A stretch of DNA of 64,000 bases, from assembly GCA_002418265.1 (NCBI GenBank), contig DIDS01000032.1, forward strand, positions 76,396-140,395, written 5' to 3'. The notes beneath the pieces are model-generated. The model was given only the letters and a program-made list of their open reading frames with translations. It had not been told where the DNA came from and searched no databases. Origin of the DNA: Acidimicrobiia bacterium UBA5794. Lineage in GTDB: Bacteria; Actinomycetota; Acidimicrobiia; Spongiisociales; UBA5794. Numbering within the stretch: position 1 is the stretch's first letter; every line of letters begins with the position of its first letter. Shown in pieces: positions 37,315 to 48,423 of the stretch. The position numbers were made by a program, and so were the translations under genes.

Positions 37315-38933
37315 CGCTCGACAACAGCCTTTGGCTTGATGGAGAGGAAATAGACAGGAAGCACCGACATGGCGATGAGGATAAGCGCAGCAGTCGCTGC
37401 TCGTGTGTAGAGCAATTCGTCGGCGGCCGCCCACACACGAACAGCGAGTGTCGAGAATCCTGGCGGACTCAACAGCAGTGTGACGGGAAGCTCCTTGAGA
37501 GTCGTGACGAACACCAAGGCGCCACCGGCCAGAAGGCCCTTCGCCATCAATGGAACGGTCACTCGCATCAAGGTCGCGAAAGGGCCACGCCCGAGCGATC
37601 GTGATGCATCTTCGACGGCAGGGTCGACTTGGAGGAGCGACGCTTTCGCCGCACTGGTTGATTGGGCAATGAACATGCCTGCATAGACCGTTACGAGAAC
37701 GAACATGGTCTGGTAGACCGGCCGTGCCCACCTGATGGTGAAGGCAACGACGGCGATGGCAATCGTGATATGTGGAAGCGAGAAGATCACGAACACCGAT
37801 CGCTCAAGGAGCATCGTTCGCTTCGACGCGTAGCGAACGGCGAGGACGACGATCGGTACGGTGAACACCATGGCCACCAACGCAGCGAGTGAGCCACCGG
37901 TCAACGATCCAACAACGGCATTCCACGGGACCGAGATGTCCGCTCCGTGATACGCCCCGCGCGCCACCCAGGTCGTCAACACCCCGATGGGAATCACCGT
38001 CCCGATGACCACGACTGTTCCCAAACCGGCAACGGCGAGGACATGTTTCGCTCCTCGGAGCCGATGCAAGGCCGGGGGCCGGTTCGGTGTCGACGAGAAC
38101 GTCGTGCCCCTACCCGATGTTCGCCGCTCCGCCCAGATGATCACGCTGGCAAAGAGAATCAACACGATCGAGAGCACGATCGCCGGTGATCGGTCGATAC
38201 GACCCGAGTACTGGGCGTAGATCACCCTCGTGAAGGCATCAAAACGCATGAGTGAAACCGCGCCGAAATCCGACAACGTGTAGAGCGCGGCAAGCAGAGC
38301 ACCCGCGCCAACTGCAGGTCGAAGTTGAGGAAGCACGACGGTGCGGAACACCCGCCACGGTGATGCCCCAAGTCCGCGAGCCGCCTCCTCAAGTGCGGGA
38401 TCGATCCGTCCGATCGAGGCGGCCGTGATGAGGTAGACGTACGGATACGTGGCAAGCGTCAGGGCGACCCACGCCCCGGGAAACCCCGTCAGTCTGGGGA
38501 TCTCGAAGCCAACGAGCTGAGCGACAAGTCCGCGTGGACCCGACGACGAGACGAGGACCATCGCAATCACATACGACGGAATGACAAGCGGGAGAGCGAA
38601 CGCGACACCCCACATCCTTTTGAACCCAATATCGGTCCTTGCCAGGATCCACGCACCGGCCACGCCGATGGCGGTTGCGGCCATCGTAACGAGGGCCGTG
38701 AGAGCAAAGGATCGCCACACCAACTCGAGTGTGCGGATCGACAACAGCGTCGACCATGCCGAGTCCGTCGCGTCGAGAACCCGAACCAGGAGCGCGACGA
38801 TGGCAAGTCCGAGCGGGAGAACGATCAGTAGTGAAGCGACCCAGAGCCACCAAGGTGCCTTGGCGGCTGATACCCGTGACCGACGGATCGGATCCGTCTG
38901 CGGTAAGGCATTCGGATCGATGTCGATCATCAT
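37311..38933 (-). CDS. Fe3+ ABC transporter permease (FbpB-like)
   Basis: Two EAA loops (LEEAARGLG, VEDASRSLG), LSDFGAV. Confidence 0.92.
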   Translation of the reverse strand: MMIDIDPNALPQTDPIRRSRVSAAKAPWWLWVASLLIVLPLGLAIVALLVRVLDATDSAWSTLLSIRTLELVWRSFALTALVTMAATAIGVAGAWILARTDIGFKRMWGVAFALPLVIPSYVIAMVLVSSSGPRGLVAQLVGFEIPRLTGFPGAWVALTLATYPYVYLITAASIGRIDPALEEAARGLGASPWRVFRTVVLPQLRPAVGAGALLAALYTLSDFGAVSLMRFDAFTRVIYAQYSGRIDRSPAIVLSIVLILFASVIIWAERRTSGRGTTFSSTPNRPPALHRLRGAKHVLAVAGLGTVVVIGTVIPIGVLTTWVARGAYHGADISVPWNAVVGSLTGGSLAALVAMVFTVPIVVLAVRYASKRTMLLERSVFVIFSLPHITIAIAVVAFTIRWARPVYQTMFVLVTVYAGMFIAQSTSAAKASLLQVDPAVEDASRSLGRGPFATLMRVTVPLMAKGLLAGGALVFVTTLKELPVTLLLSPPGFSTLAVRVWAAADELLYTRAATAALILIAMSVLPVYFLSIKPKAVVER

Positions 38934-38943
38934 TCCCTCGCCG

Positions 38944-39939
38944 TCACAACAGCCCGGCGTCAGCCACCAGATCTGTCGCAAGATCGAGGACGCCCGCGAG
39001 ATCCGAAAGATTGATATCCGGCGTCGCGATCGTGTCGATCGGTGGCAGCGCAGGGTTGGCGGCTACGCCCGGCACCATCGGGTATTCGAACGTCTCGTCT
39101 GCAAAGTAGGTCTGGGATTCGTCATTGAGCAGCCACTCGATGAACGTTCGACCTTCGTCCTTGTGCTCTGAGCTTGAGAGGATGCCGGCTCCAGCTGGCA
39201 TCACAAGCGATCCAGCAGTCGGTTCGGGGAAAAAATAGTTCAATCCGACCACATCCGGGTTCTCAGACAACGCTCGTAGTAGGTAGTAGTGGTTGACAAG
39301 TCCGGCGTCGATCTCGCCAGCGTTGACCGCAGCAACGATTGGTGAGTTCTTCGGATAGGTGGGCGAGTTGTTCGCCGCCATGCCCTTGAGCCACGTGAGG
39401 GTCGACTCTTCGCCGTCGATCAGGATCTTGGCGGCAACGAACGCAAGAAATGAACCGTTGGTGGGCGCGATTCCGACCCGACCCTTCCATTGCTCGTCTA
39501 CAAAGGCATCCTCTGTCGGAGGAAGCGTGGCTTCGCTGACCGACGTCGGATCGTAGACCACGACCCTGGCTCGCCCCGATGTCCCGACCCAATGCCCTGC
39601 ATCATCGGAGAATCGGGACGGCACCTTCCCAAGTAGTTCGTTTGGGAGCGTTTCGAACAATCCCGCGAGCGCAACGGTTCCGAGCGATGCGGGATCCTGG
39701 GCGAAGAACACATCGGCGGGGGAGGCGGCACCTTCCTCAAGAATCGTTCCGGCGAGATCGGCTGAATCGGCATATTTGACCACGACGTTGATGCCGGTGT
39801 CCTTCGTGAACGCATCGATCACCGGTTGAACCAGATCCTCGCTCCGCCCCGAGTACAACGTGATGTGTGCATCTCCTGACGAAGAACACCCGGATGCGAC
39901 GATTGCGGCCACCACCGCAAGCAGTGTGATTCGCCTCAT
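38944..39939 (-). CDS. Fe3+ ABC transporter substrate-binding lipoprotein (FbpA/FutA-like)
   Basis: Lipobox ASGC, YSGR, EEGAASPADVF, NHYY tyrosine pair. Confidence 0.92.
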   Translation of the reverse strand: MRRITLLAVVAAIVASGCSSSGDAHITLYSGRSEDLVQPVIDAFTKDTGINVVVKYADSADLAGTILEEGAASPADVFFAQDPASLGTVALAGLFETLPNELLGKVPSRFSDDAGHWVGTSGRARVVVYDPTSVSEATLPPTEDAFVDEQWKGRVGIAPTNGSFLAFVAAKILIDGEESTLTWLKGMAANNSPTYPKNSPIVAAVNAGEIDAGLVNHYYLLRALSENPDVVGLNYFFPEPTAGSLVMPAGAGILSSSEHKDEGRTFIEWLLNDESQTYFADETFEYPMVPGVAANPALPPIDTIATPDINLSDLAGVLDLATDLVADAGLL

Positions 39940-39967
39940 GATCCAAGACCTTCCGATTCTTTCGCTA

Positions 39968-40001
39968 TGCCTTATGAATTAATTAGGCAAGATTATATTC
40001 A
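39968..40001. promoter_or_regulatory. AT-rich promoter with putative DtxR/IdeR-type iron box
   Basis: TTAGGCAAGATTATATTCA (39983-40001) matches 11 of 19 positions of TTAGGTTAGGCTAACCTAA; also inverted TGCCT...AGGCA; lies upstream of the iron uptake operon. Confidence 0.45.
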
Positions 40002-40052
40002 CTACGTTCGTAGGGCAAATTAGAGCGACAGCACCGATGTCCGGCGAAATCC

Positions 40053-41159
40053 TCACGCCTCGGACGGTCGGACCAGAAAGGGTATCTCGACGTCCGCTCG
40101 TTCGGCTCCGCCGTGGTGTCCGACGAGTTTCCGATTTGACTGGGGCCCAAATGCGGTGGTCCCTTGCGGCAGGAACACGATCCCTGAAGGTGCTCTGGCG
40201 ACGAACTGAGGGTGCATCGGGCCTGGCCCCCACCACTCGGGTCCCGTTTCAAGCGGTGACCATGCTCCGCCGTGACGATCGGCGAGCTTTGATCCGTCGC
40301 CATGAACGAACACGACTCGGCCATCCTCAGAAACGAAGCCTCCGTCCAGATCGTCCATATCGATGAGATGGCGTGAGGATTCGTCGATATCGATGTGGCC
40401 GTGATCGGCGGTCCCGATCAGACACACATCGGAAGGGAGCATGGTTGCGAGACTGGCCCAGATTGTGTTTGCGCGTGTCATCGCCTCGTCGTACATCTCG
40501 GACCTTTGTCCAGCGATGTGTGCGGCAAAGTCAACGTCTGGGACATATACGAACACGAGCCGCTTGCCGATCGAAGCGACATCGGTCGCGATCGTGGCGA
40601 TCTCATCGATGTTCCAGTAGCCCTCGAATCTGGCGCCCCGATACAGCGCTTTCGTGAGGGGGGTCGACGCAAAGTTGCCAGGCTGTATCACGACTGGCTC
40701 AATCCCTGACGCATTGAGCCGTTCCCACAGGTTCGGTGACGGAAGAAGCCCGGGCGCATCGAGGTCAGGAATCGGCTCCCCGATCGGTGTTGTCATGTGG
40801 ATCGTGTTGACCACCGAACCGATGTCGGGCATCCACATCTTGTATGCAATCAAACCGTGCTGGGAAGGAGGGAGCCCTGTTGCGACCGTCGCGAGGCTCA
40901 CGGTGGTTGTTGCAGGGAACGGAGCGTCGAGCACGCCTGTCGTGGCGGCAGCCAGATCGTGTGCATTTGGGTGGTTGAGCTGGTGTGCTCCGAGACCGTC
41001 AAACAGCACGAGGACGCAGGTTGAAGCAGAAGGAATGGAATCTGCCAGGTCCGGATCCAGCGTGGGCGACGGGGCGGCTCCCGTGAGCCGATGTTCGATC
41101 TCTGCCACGAGATTGACCAGCCCACGCCCGACATAATTGGGTACTTGAGGAACATCCAT
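40053..41159 (-). CDS. Alkaline phosphatase superfamily nucleotide pyrophosphatase/phosphodiesterase
   Basis: FDGLG, FPATT, TGLPPSQHG, DFAAH, TADHGH, GHHG. Confidence 0.88.
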   Translation of the reverse strand: MDVPQVPNYVGRGLVNLVAEIEHRLTGAAPSPTLDPDLADSIPSASTCVLVLFDGLGAHQLNHPNAHDLAAATTGVLDAPFPATTTVSLATVATGLPPSQHGLIAYKMWMPDIGSVVNTIHMTTPIGEPIPDLDAPGLLPSPNLWERLNASGIEPVVIQPGNFASTPLTKALYRGARFEGYWNIDEIATIATDVASIGKRLVFVYVPDVDFAAHIAGQRSEMYDEAMTRANTIWASLATMLPSDVCLIGTADHGHIDIDESSRHLIDMDDLDGGFVSEDGRVVFVHGDGSKLADRHGGAWSPLETGPEWWGPGPMHPQFVARAPSGIVFLPQGTTAFGPQSNRKLVGHHGGAERADVEIPFLVRPSEA

Positions 41160-41243
41160 CGGTGCGGAAACTAACAGTCATGGGCTGCGAGCCCTAGGCC
41201 TGCGTCGATCGGCTTTCGTCTAATTACAAGTGCCTCCACGGAC

Positions 41244-41258
41244 TGCGATAGAATCGCA
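41244..41258 (+). promoter_or_regulatory. Palindrome overlapping the putative -10 (TAGAAT) of the second nuo operon
   Basis: TGCGAT-AGA-ATCGCA. Confidence 0.35.
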
Positions 41259-41305
41259 ACCCGTAAGGGAACGACCAACCTGTCTGCTTCGAAGGGTTAC
41301 TCGGG

Positions 41306-41689
41306 GTGCTCAATCAGTACTACGGCGACTACCTGACCGTCGCGCTGTTCATCGCGGTTGGTGCAATATTGGTGGGTGGGGCAGTCGGTGCGTCGAAACT
41401 CCTTGCCCCCAAGAATCCGGGTGGTTTCAAAGATGTTGCGTATGAATCTGGAATCGAGCCTGTTGGTGGGGGCTGGAACCAGAGTCACATCCGGTACTAC
41501 ATCTTCGCCCTGATGTTCCTGATTTTCGACGTCGAGGCTGTGTTCATCTTTCCGTGGGCGATCACACTTGATGCGTTCCAAGCAGCTGGGCGCGGTGTCT
41601 TCATTCTTGTCGAGATGTTCCTTTTCATTCTGATTCTTCTGTCCGGTCTGCTCTACGCCATAAGGAAGGGCGTCCTCAAATGGGAGTGA
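41306..41689 (+). CDS. nuoA: Complex I-like subunit A (second copy)
   Basis: [24 protein letters not shown]. Confidence 0.95.
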   Translation: MLNQYYGDYLTVALFIAVGAILVGGAVGASKLLAPKNPGGFKDVAYESGIEPVGGGWNQSHIRYYIFALMFLIFDVEAVFIFPWAITLDAFQAAGRGVFILVEMFLFILILLSGLLYAIRKGVLKWE

Positions 41690-42177
41690 TCGACAGATTC
41701 AACACCCCAAAACCTCTGTCATGGCTGCTCAACTGGTCCCGCAAGTATTCCCTCTGGTATTTCCAGTTCGGGCTTGCATGCTGTGCAATCGAGGTCATGG
41801 CCGTGTCGAGCTCACGGTACGACTTCATGCGTTTCGGGATCACCCCGCTCCCCGCTTCACCCAGGCAAGCTGACCTCATGGTCGTCGCAGGGACCGTGAC
41901 CGACAAGATGGCTCCTGCGATCCGTCGTCTGTACGATCAAATGCCCGAACCCAAGTACGTGATCTCGATGGGATCATGCTCGAATTCTGGTGGTCCCTAC
42001 TGGGATTCGTACTCGGTGACGAAGGGTGTTGATCAGTTGATGCCGGTCGACATCTATGTCCCTGGTTGTCCTCCCCGCCCAGAGGCACTCCTTCAGGGCA
42101 TCATCCTGCTTCAGGAACGTATCCAGAACGAGGACTTGAAAAAGAAGTGGAGTGGGGTTGATGAGCGACACGCCTGA
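41680..42177 (+). CDS. nuoB: Complex I-like subunit B (second copy)
   Basis: [24 protein letters not shown]. Confidence 0.95.
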   Translation: MGVIDRFNTPKPLSWLLNWSRKYSLWYFQFGLACCAIEVMAVSSSRYDFMRFGITPLPASPRQADLMVVAGTVTDKMAPAIRRLYDQMPEPKYVISMGSCSNSGGPYWDSYSVTKGVDQLMPVDIYVPGCPPRPEALLQGIILLQERIQNEDLKKKWSGVDERHA

Positions 42178-42820
42178 CACGCCAACCACGGAAACCGACG
42201 TCGTCGAAGCGGCTGAGCATGACGGGGTTGAGACCGGTGCACTTCAACAGTGGGCCGATGCACTCGTTGAGGAACTCGGTGCCCTCGGTTCAACGGTCGA
42301 GTTCGACACGGTCCGCATCCATGTCGATCCCGCACGGTGGGTCGAAACGATCAATCAGGCCCGTAAGAAACTTGAACTCTTTTCGTGGCTGTCGGCAATC
42401 GACTGGTCAAAGGATGTCGAGGTCGGGGATCCGGTCGATGATGTCGACACATTGGAGGAACGTTTCGAGGTCCTCTGTCGTCTTTCGTCGGTCGAAAACG
42501 CCGATGGTGCCATCTTCGTTGCTGTGATCGACCGGGAGAACCCCTTCATCGACTCGCTGATGCCGACAATCGGTGGCGCCGAATGGCACGAGCGCGAAGC
42601 ACACGAAATGTTCGGCATTGACTTTGTCGGAAACACGAATCTGATCCCGCTCTATCTCCCCGACGACTTCATCGGGAACCCCCTCCTCAAGTCATACCCC
42701 CTGCTCAGCCGTGAGGTCAAGCCGTGGCCGGGCGACGTCGACGTGGAACCGATGCCCGAACTGCCCGAGATCGAAGCAACCGACGACGTTGAATCGGACA
42801 CCGAAGGTGAGGAATCATGA
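42161..42820 (+). CDS. nuoC: Complex I-like subunit C (second copy)
   Basis: [22 protein letters not shown]. Confidence 0.92.
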   Translation: MSDTPDTPTTETDVVEAAEHDGVETGALQQWADALVEELGALGSTVEFDTVRIHVDPARWVETINQARKKLELFSWLSAIDWSKDVEVGDPVDDVDTLEERFEVLCRLSSVENADGAIFVAVIDRENPFIDSLMPTIGGAEWHEREAHEMFGIDFVGNTNLIPLYLPDDFIGNPLLKSYPLLSREVKPWPGDVDVEPMPELPEIEATDDVESDTEGEES

Positions 42821-44001
42821 CTGACCTCGCCATGATCCATCGCTCCGAGTCGGCGGTCTCCATCGAACTCCAGACACCTGACATGACGCTCAACATCGGA
42901 CCCCAGCACCCCTCCACGCACGGGGTCCTCAGGCTCATTGCCAAGGTCGCAGGCGAACGCGTCACCGATGTCGAGCCCGTGATCGGGTACATGCATCGTG
43001 GGTACGAAAAGTTGTCCGAGGTTCGCACGTATGCCCAGATCACCACATTGGTGAACCGCATCGACTGGGTAGCAGGGTTTGCCAGTGAGGTTCCGTTCAT
43101 CATCGGTGTCGAAAAACTCATGGGTGTCGAAGCGCCTCCGCGTGCCCAATACATTCGGATGATCCTCACCGAGCTTGCCCGTATGGCGTCCCATCTTGTT
43201 TTCATGTCGTCTTACCCCCTTGAACTTGGCGCCACGACCCCCCTCATGTACGCATTGCGTGAACGTGAATACATCCTTGAGCTGATCGAGGAAGTGACCG
43301 GCGGCCGGTTCCACCCCAACTTCAACCGAGTCGGGGGTGTCAAGCCGGTCTATGGCGGTGGATCGATGACCAAGAAGTGGTCCTTGGATCTCCCTGAGGG
43401 CTTCCTCCAGCGGGCACGGGATGCCATGGATCGTATGGAGCAGATCTGTGACGACATCGACACCCTCGTCAGCGACAACGAGCTCATCAAGATGCGAACC
43501 GTCGGTATCGGTGTGATTCCTCGCGACAAGGCGCTCGAGTATGGGTTGACGGGTCCGAACCTACGGGCTTCGGGAGTGGCGTACGATTTGCGGAAGGTCG
43601 AAAATCTCTTGCCATACGATGAGATCGACTTCGACATCGCCGTTCGCCAAGGCGGGGACTGTTATGACCGATACGTTCTGCGGATCGAGGAGGTCCGGCA
43701 GTCGTCAAGGATCGTCCGTCAGGCAGTTGACCAGATCCCCTCCGGGCCGTTGCAGACCAAGGTACCCCGTGTCCTGAAGGCACCCCGCGGTCAGGTCTAC
43801 TCACGGGGCGAGAACCCGAAGGGTGAGTTCGGGTACCACATCGTTTCTGAGGGCGCACGGATGCCATACCGTCTCAAGATCCGTTCGACGAGTTTCTCGA
43901 ACCTCTCGATTCTCCCCTGGATCCTCCAGGATGCCCTCATCCCTGACCTGGTTGCAATCATGGGTTCACTCGACTTCGTCCTCGGAGATGTTGATCGATG
44001 A
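42817..44001 (+). CDS. nuoD: Complex I-like subunit D (second copy)
   Basis: [35 protein letters not shown]. Confidence 0.95.
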   Translation: MTDLAMIHRSESAVSIELQTPDMTLNIGPQHPSTHGVLRLIAKVAGERVTDVEPVIGYMHRGYEKLSEVRTYAQITTLVNRIDWVAGFASEVPFIIGVEKLMGVEAPPRAQYIRMILTELARMASHLVFMSSYPLELGATTPLMYALREREYILELIEEVTGGRFHPNFNRVGGVKPVYGGGSMTKKWSLDLPEGFLQRARDAMDRMEQICDDIDTLVSDNELIKMRTVGIGVIPRDKALEYGLTGPNLRASGVAYDLRKVENLLPYDEIDFDIAVRQGGDCYDRYVLRIEEVRQSSRIVRQAVDQIPSGPLQTKVPRVLKAPRGQVYSRGENPKGEFGYHIVSEGARMPYRLKIRSTSFSNLSILPWILQDALIPDLVAIMGSLDFVLGDVDR

Positions 44002-45008
44002 ACTTCTGGCTTGAGCTGATCATCAAACTCGTCGCGATCCTCGGGTTCGTTCTGACCGGCGCGCTCGTCGTCATTTATGCCGAGTTGAAAGCTGGTTCGC
44101 ACATGCAGGGCCGGATAGGTCCGTACTACGCAGGGGTTCGTTGGGGATGGGCCCAGCCTCTTGCCGACGGTCTCAAGTTCCTTCAGAAGGAAGACCTGTC
44201 ACCCACCGGAGCAGACCGCACCATCTATGGGCTTGCACCCTACGTCGTGATGATGTCGACCATTGCAGTGTTCGTGGTGATCCCATTCGGCCCCGACATG
44301 GTGGGTCGTGACCTCGATCTGGGCATCTACTTCATCCTTGCCATATCGTCGCTTTCAGTCCTCGGCATTCTCATGGCCGGCTGGTCATCGGCGAACAAGT
44401 ACTCGCTGATGGGTGGTTTGCGTGCCGCTGCCCAGCTCATTGCCTATGAGCTCCCGCTCGTCCTCGCTGCTGCTGCGGTTGTGGTGCAGGCGGGAACGAT
44501 GTCAATGAACGGCATTGTCCTTGCCCAATCGGAAACGTGGTTCACGGTCGCCGGAATCGACGTTGCGATGCCGTTCCTGCTCAAGGGACAGATCATCAGT
44601 TTCATCATCTTCATGATTGCTGTGGTCGCAGAGCTCTCCCGAATCCCGTTCGACATGCCCATTGCCGAATCTGAACTGACCATGGGATATCTCACCGAGT
44701 ACTCGGGAATCCGGTTCACGATGTTCTTCCTCGGTGAGTACGCATCGATGATTGCCTTCAGCGCCATTGCCGCAACGTTGTTCCTTGGCGGATACGCAGC
44801 TCCTGGCGTTCCTGACGGCCTGGCGAACCTTGTGGGGCCCGGGGTGATGCTGCTCAAGATCGCCCTACTCGTCTTTGTGATCATCTGGATCAGATGGACG
44901 TGGCCTCGACTTCGAGAAGACCAGCTCCAGCGGTTGGCGTGGTTCTGGCTCATCCCCATCGCCCTTGCCAACATTGCCGTTGTCGCGATCTTCAAAGTGG
45001 TGTTCTAG
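43998..45008 (+). CDS. nuoH: Complex I-like subunit H (second copy)
   Basis: QPLADGLK, QLIAYE, PFDMPIAESEL; directly follows nuoD, no nuoEFG. Confidence 0.95.
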   Translation: MNFWLELIIKLVAILGFVLTGALVVIYAELKAGSHMQGRIGPYYAGVRWGWAQPLADGLKFLQKEDLSPTGADRTIYGLAPYVVMMSTIAVFVVIPFGPDMVGRDLDLGIYFILAISSLSVLGILMAGWSSANKYSLMGGLRAAAQLIAYELPLVLAAAAVVVQAGTMSMNGIVLAQSETWFTVAGIDVAMPFLLKGQIISFIIFMIAVVAELSRIPFDMPIAESELTMGYLTEYSGIRFTMFFLGEYASMIAFSAIAATLFLGGYAAPGVPDGLANLVGPGVMLLKIALLVFVIIWIRWTWPRLREDQLQRLAWFWLIPIALANIAVVAIFKVVF

Positions 45009-45485
45009 ATGAGCGACAAGCAAATCAGATTCCCATTCCGCGGCCTTTGGGAAGGCATGTGGTTGACGCTCAAGACGATGCTCAAACCTGCACCGGTCAC
45101 CATGTATCCCCAGGTCCAGGAGGAACCCGTCCCCCGTGCCAGGGGCGTCATCGCACTCGACGTCGAAGCGTGCACGGTCTGCATGTTGTGCGCCCGAGAA
45201 TGTCCCGATTGGTGCATCTACATCGAGGGTCACAAAGAAGAGCAGCCTCCGTCCAAGCCAGGCGGTCGGCCCCGTGTCCGTGCAACGCTCGACCGGTTCG
45301 ACATCGACTACTCACTGTGCATGTATTGCGGGATCTGCGTTGAGGTGTGCCCATTCGATGCCCTCTTCTGGACACCCGAATATGAGTACAGCGAACCGAA
45401 AATCACCAACCTCCTCCACAATATGGACAAGCTCACGTACTGGCTCGGAACCGTCCCCGACCAGCCACCGCTGGAGAAATCATGA
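45009..45485 (+). CDS. nuoI: Complex I-like subunit I (second copy)
   Basis: [24 protein letters not shown]. Confidence 0.95.
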   Translation: MSDKQIRFPFRGLWEGMWLTLKTMLKPAPVTMYPQVQEEPVPRARGVIALDVEACTVCMLCARECPDWCIYIEGHKEEQPPSKPGGRPRVRATLDRFDIDYSLCMYCGICVEVCPFDALFWTPEYEYSEPKITNLLHNMDKLTYWLGTVPDQPPLEKS

Positions 45486-46021
45486 CGGTTACGATCTCTG
45501 AGTTCTTCAAAGAATCAGCCAACTGGGCCTTTCTCGCAATCGCTGTTCCGACGTTGTTTGCGGGGTGGCGGACCGTCACGAGCAACAACATCGTGCGTGC
45601 GGTTCTGTATCTGGTGGTTTCCCTTGGCGGCACCGCTGGCTTGTTCTTCATGCTCGGAGCCGAGTTCGTGGGATGGACAGTCGTGCTTGTGTACATCGGC
45701 GCCGTCATCATCTTGTTCCTGATCGGCATCATGATCACCAGGGCGCCGTTGGGTCAGGAGGCCGACCTCAGTCACGCCATGAATGTCAAGGCTCCTGCTG
45801 CGCTACTTTCCACGGTCGTTTTCGGTGTCATCACCTGGGCCATGATCGATGCTTTCGGCAACAACATGATTCCACCGTTCGAGCCCACAGCCACTTCGGA
45901 TCTGTCACTGCTCCTGTTCGATCGATTCGTGATCCCATTCGAGGTTGTGTCCTTTGTGCTCCTGGCCGCGCTCATCGGTGGAATCGCCATCGCCAGACAG
46001 GATGAGGAGGTGGTGTCATGA
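45482..46021 (+). CDS. nuoJ: Complex I-like subunit J (second copy)
   Basis: [17 protein letters not shown]. Confidence 0.92.
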   Translation: MTVTISEFFKESANWAFLAIAVPTLFAGWRTVTSNNIVRAVLYLVVSLGGTAGLFFMLGAEFVGWTVVLVYIGAVIILFLIGIMITRAPLGQEADLSHAMNVKAPAALLSTVVFGVITWAMIDAFGNNMIPPFEPTATSDLSLLLFDRFVIPFEVVSFVLLAALIGGIAIARQDEEVVS

Positions 46022-46323
46022 CGCTGATCCAATTCCTCATCGTTGCCACAGCCCTCTTCTCGTTTGGCCTCTATGGAGTGATTACCAGAAAGAACGCGGT
46101 CCTCGTTCTCGCATCGGTGGAGTTGATGCTCGCTGCCGTCAACATCAACCTGGTCGCATTCGACGTGTACCTTGACGATCCCCTCAACTCGGGCCAGATC
46201 TTTACCTTGTTCACCATTGCACTTGCTGCCGCCGAGGTGGGTATTGGTATTGCGATCATCTTGATGATCTACCGCAATCGTCAGTCCGCTGATGTCGACG
46301 ACCTCGATTTGATGAAGGGCTGA
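46018..46323 (+). CDS. nuoK: Complex I-like subunit K (second copy)
   Basis: [13 protein letters not shown]. Confidence 0.95.
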   Translation: MTLIQFLIVATALFSFGLYGVITRKNAVLVLASVELMLAAVNINLVAFDVYLDDPLNSGQIFTLFTIALAAAEVGIGIAIILMIYRNRQSADVDDLDLMKG

Positions 46324-46325
46324 GC

Positions 46326-48410
46326 ATGCTCCCACTCGCAACATTTGCCCAGCAACTCATCCTTGCTACCGAGGAGACCACGGGCGGCCATTCGGGCATC
46401 GAACCTGGCATCACATCGGGTGCACTGGTGGAGTGGGCCTGGCTCATCGTTGTGGTCCCGCTTGTCGCCACATTCCTCATCCTGTTCTTCGGCAAGAAAC
46501 TGCCGATGAAGGGCTGGGAGCTCGCGGTGGGATCCATCGGCTTCGTCGGTGTCTACGGCACGATCCTGTTCATCCTCAATGCGACGGAGGGGATTCTCTA
46601 CGAAGGACATCTTGAAGTAGCCAAGATGGGGGACTTCATCATCGAGTGGGGCTGGATGGTCGACGGCTTGTCGATCATGATGTACTTCCTTGTCGGTGTC
46701 GTGGGAACGCTCGTGTTCGTGTACGCCAAGTCGTACATGGACGGAGACATCCGGTTCACCTGGTTCTTCGTGTCTTTCTCATTGTTCGCCGGCGGCATGC
46801 TGGTTTTGGTCTCGGCACCCAACTTCCTGCAGCTCATCGTCGGCTGGGAGCTCGTTGGTGTGTCCTCGTATCTGCTCATCGGGCACTACTGGGAGGATTT
46901 CGAGAACGTCGATGCGGGCAACAAGGCGTTCATGGTCAACAAGGTTGCCGATGCTGCGCTGTTCATCGGGGCAATCATCATGGCGGTATCGGTCGGCTCG
47001 TTCAGCTTCAACGACATCATCGATGTCGTGATGCACGGCGAGGCCGGACCCCTTTCCCAGTTCGGTTTCTGGGCAGGTCTGGCCGTCTTCATCGGGGCAA
47101 TGGGCAAATCGGCACAGTTCCCGTTGCACGTGTGGTTGCCCGATGCCATGGCGGGCCCCACACCGGTGTCCGCTCTCATGCACGCTGCAACCATGGTGAC
47201 CGCGGGTGTCTATCTCCTCGGCCGGCTGTTCCCGTTCTATCTCGATGTCGGTGGCATGTTCGGGGGCGATGTCAGGAACATCATCATCGTGATCGGTGGG
47301 TTGACACTCTTCCTCATGGGTCTTGTTGCGATTGTCCAGGATGACATCAAGAAGGTTCTTGCCTACTCCACCGTGTCACAGCTCGGGTACATGGTCGCCG
47401 CGATGGGAGCGGGTGCGTACACCGCTGGGTTGTTCCATCTGTTCACCCATGCGTTCTTCAAGGCGCTGTTGTTCCTCGGAGCTGGTTCGCTGATCCATGC
47501 GGTGCATTCCAACGACATGTCAGACATGGGTGGCCTCCGCAAGAAAATGCCGGCCACGTTCTGGACCTTCATCTTGGGGACCCTCGCCCTCGTTGCCGTG
47601 TTTCCATTCGCCGGGTTCTTCTCCAAGGACGAAATACTGGCTTCCATCAAGTATGCGGGTGGGTCTGGTCAGGACGTTGCGAACTCCATTCTCATCCTCG
47701 GCCTGCTTGGATCGTTCATCACAGCCTTCTACATGGTGCGCGTGATCGCCCTCACCTTCTTCGGTGAGTACAAGGGTGCGGCCCATCCGCACGAGTCCCC
47801 GAAGCTCATGACCTATCCCCTCATCGTTCTTGCGTTCTTTGCCGTGACCGCCGGATGGGTGAACATCCCCGGTGTCTACACCGGCTTCACCGAGTGGGTG
47901 GCGACTCGCGTCCCACTTGTGGGGATGGGGGATCACCACGCAGAAGGGTTCGACTGGCCGGTCGTGCTCGTGTCGAGTGGCCTTGTGCTCGTTGGTGTTG
48001 TGATCGCGTGGATGATCTACAACAAGGACGCGGAGACAAATGCGGCCCGTGACTGGTTCCGGATCCCCGTTCTGTGGCCACTTCTGGAGAACAAGTACTT
48101 CATCGACGACCTCTACATGAGTGGTGTGGTTCGACCTGTCATGGGGCCGATCGCAAGCACGGTGCTGTGGTTCGACATGAACGTGGTTGACGGCATCGTC
48201 AACGGGGCAGGAGCCGCGGGCAAGGTTCTTTCCAAGGGTGTGTTGGTGATCGACGACAACGTGGTCGACGGGGTATTCAACGCATCGGGTGCCGTAACCG
48301 GTGCCTCGGGATCCGTTCTGAGAAGGTCTTTCACAGGCCGCGTGCAGCAGTATGCGGCGTTCGGTTTTGTCGGCGTGATCGTGATCGTCGTCCTTTTCGT
48401 CATCATCTAG
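46326..48410 (+). CDS. nuoL: Complex I-like subunit L (second copy)
   Basis: GKSAQFPLHVWLPDAMAGPTPVSALMHAATMV. Confidence 0.95.
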   Translation: MLPLATFAQQLILATEETTGGHSGIEPGITSGALVEWAWLIVVVPLVATFLILFFGKKLPMKGWELAVGSIGFVGVYGTILFILNATEGILYEGHLEVAKMGDFIIEWGWMVDGLSIMMYFLVGVVGTLVFVYAKSYMDGDIRFTWFFVSFSLFAGGMLVLVSAPNFLQLIVGWELVGVSSYLLIGHYWEDFENVDAGNKAFMVNKVADAALFIGAIIMAVSVGSFSFNDIIDVVMHGEAGPLSQFGFWAGLAVFIGAMGKSAQFPLHVWLPDAMAGPTPVSALMHAATMVTAGVYLLGRLFPFYLDVGGMFGGDVRNIIIVIGGLTLFLMGLVAIVQDDIKKVLAYSTVSQLGYMVAAMGAGAYTAGLFHLFTHAFFKALLFLGAGSLIHAVHSNDMSDMGGLRKKMPATFWTFILGTLALVAVFPFAGFFSKDEILASIKYAGGSGQDVANSILILGLLGSFITAFYMVRVIALTFFGEYKGAAHPHESPKLMTYPLIVLAFFAVTAGWVNIPGVYTGFTEWVATRVPLVGMGDHHAEGFDWPVVLVSSGLVLVGVVIAWMIYNKDAETNAARDWFRIPVLWPLLENKYFIDDLYMSGVVRPVMGPIASTVLWFDMNVVDGIVNGAGAAGKVLSKGVLVIDDNVVDGVFNASGAVTGASGSVLRRSFTGRVQQYAAFGFVGVIVIVVLFVII

Positions 48411-48423
48411 GAGGAGCAACAAG

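Noticed and set aside
41255-41305. Riboswitch in the leader of the second nuo operon
   Set aside because: Only short hairpins; no recognisable conserved riboswitch core. An Rfam covariance search would be needed.
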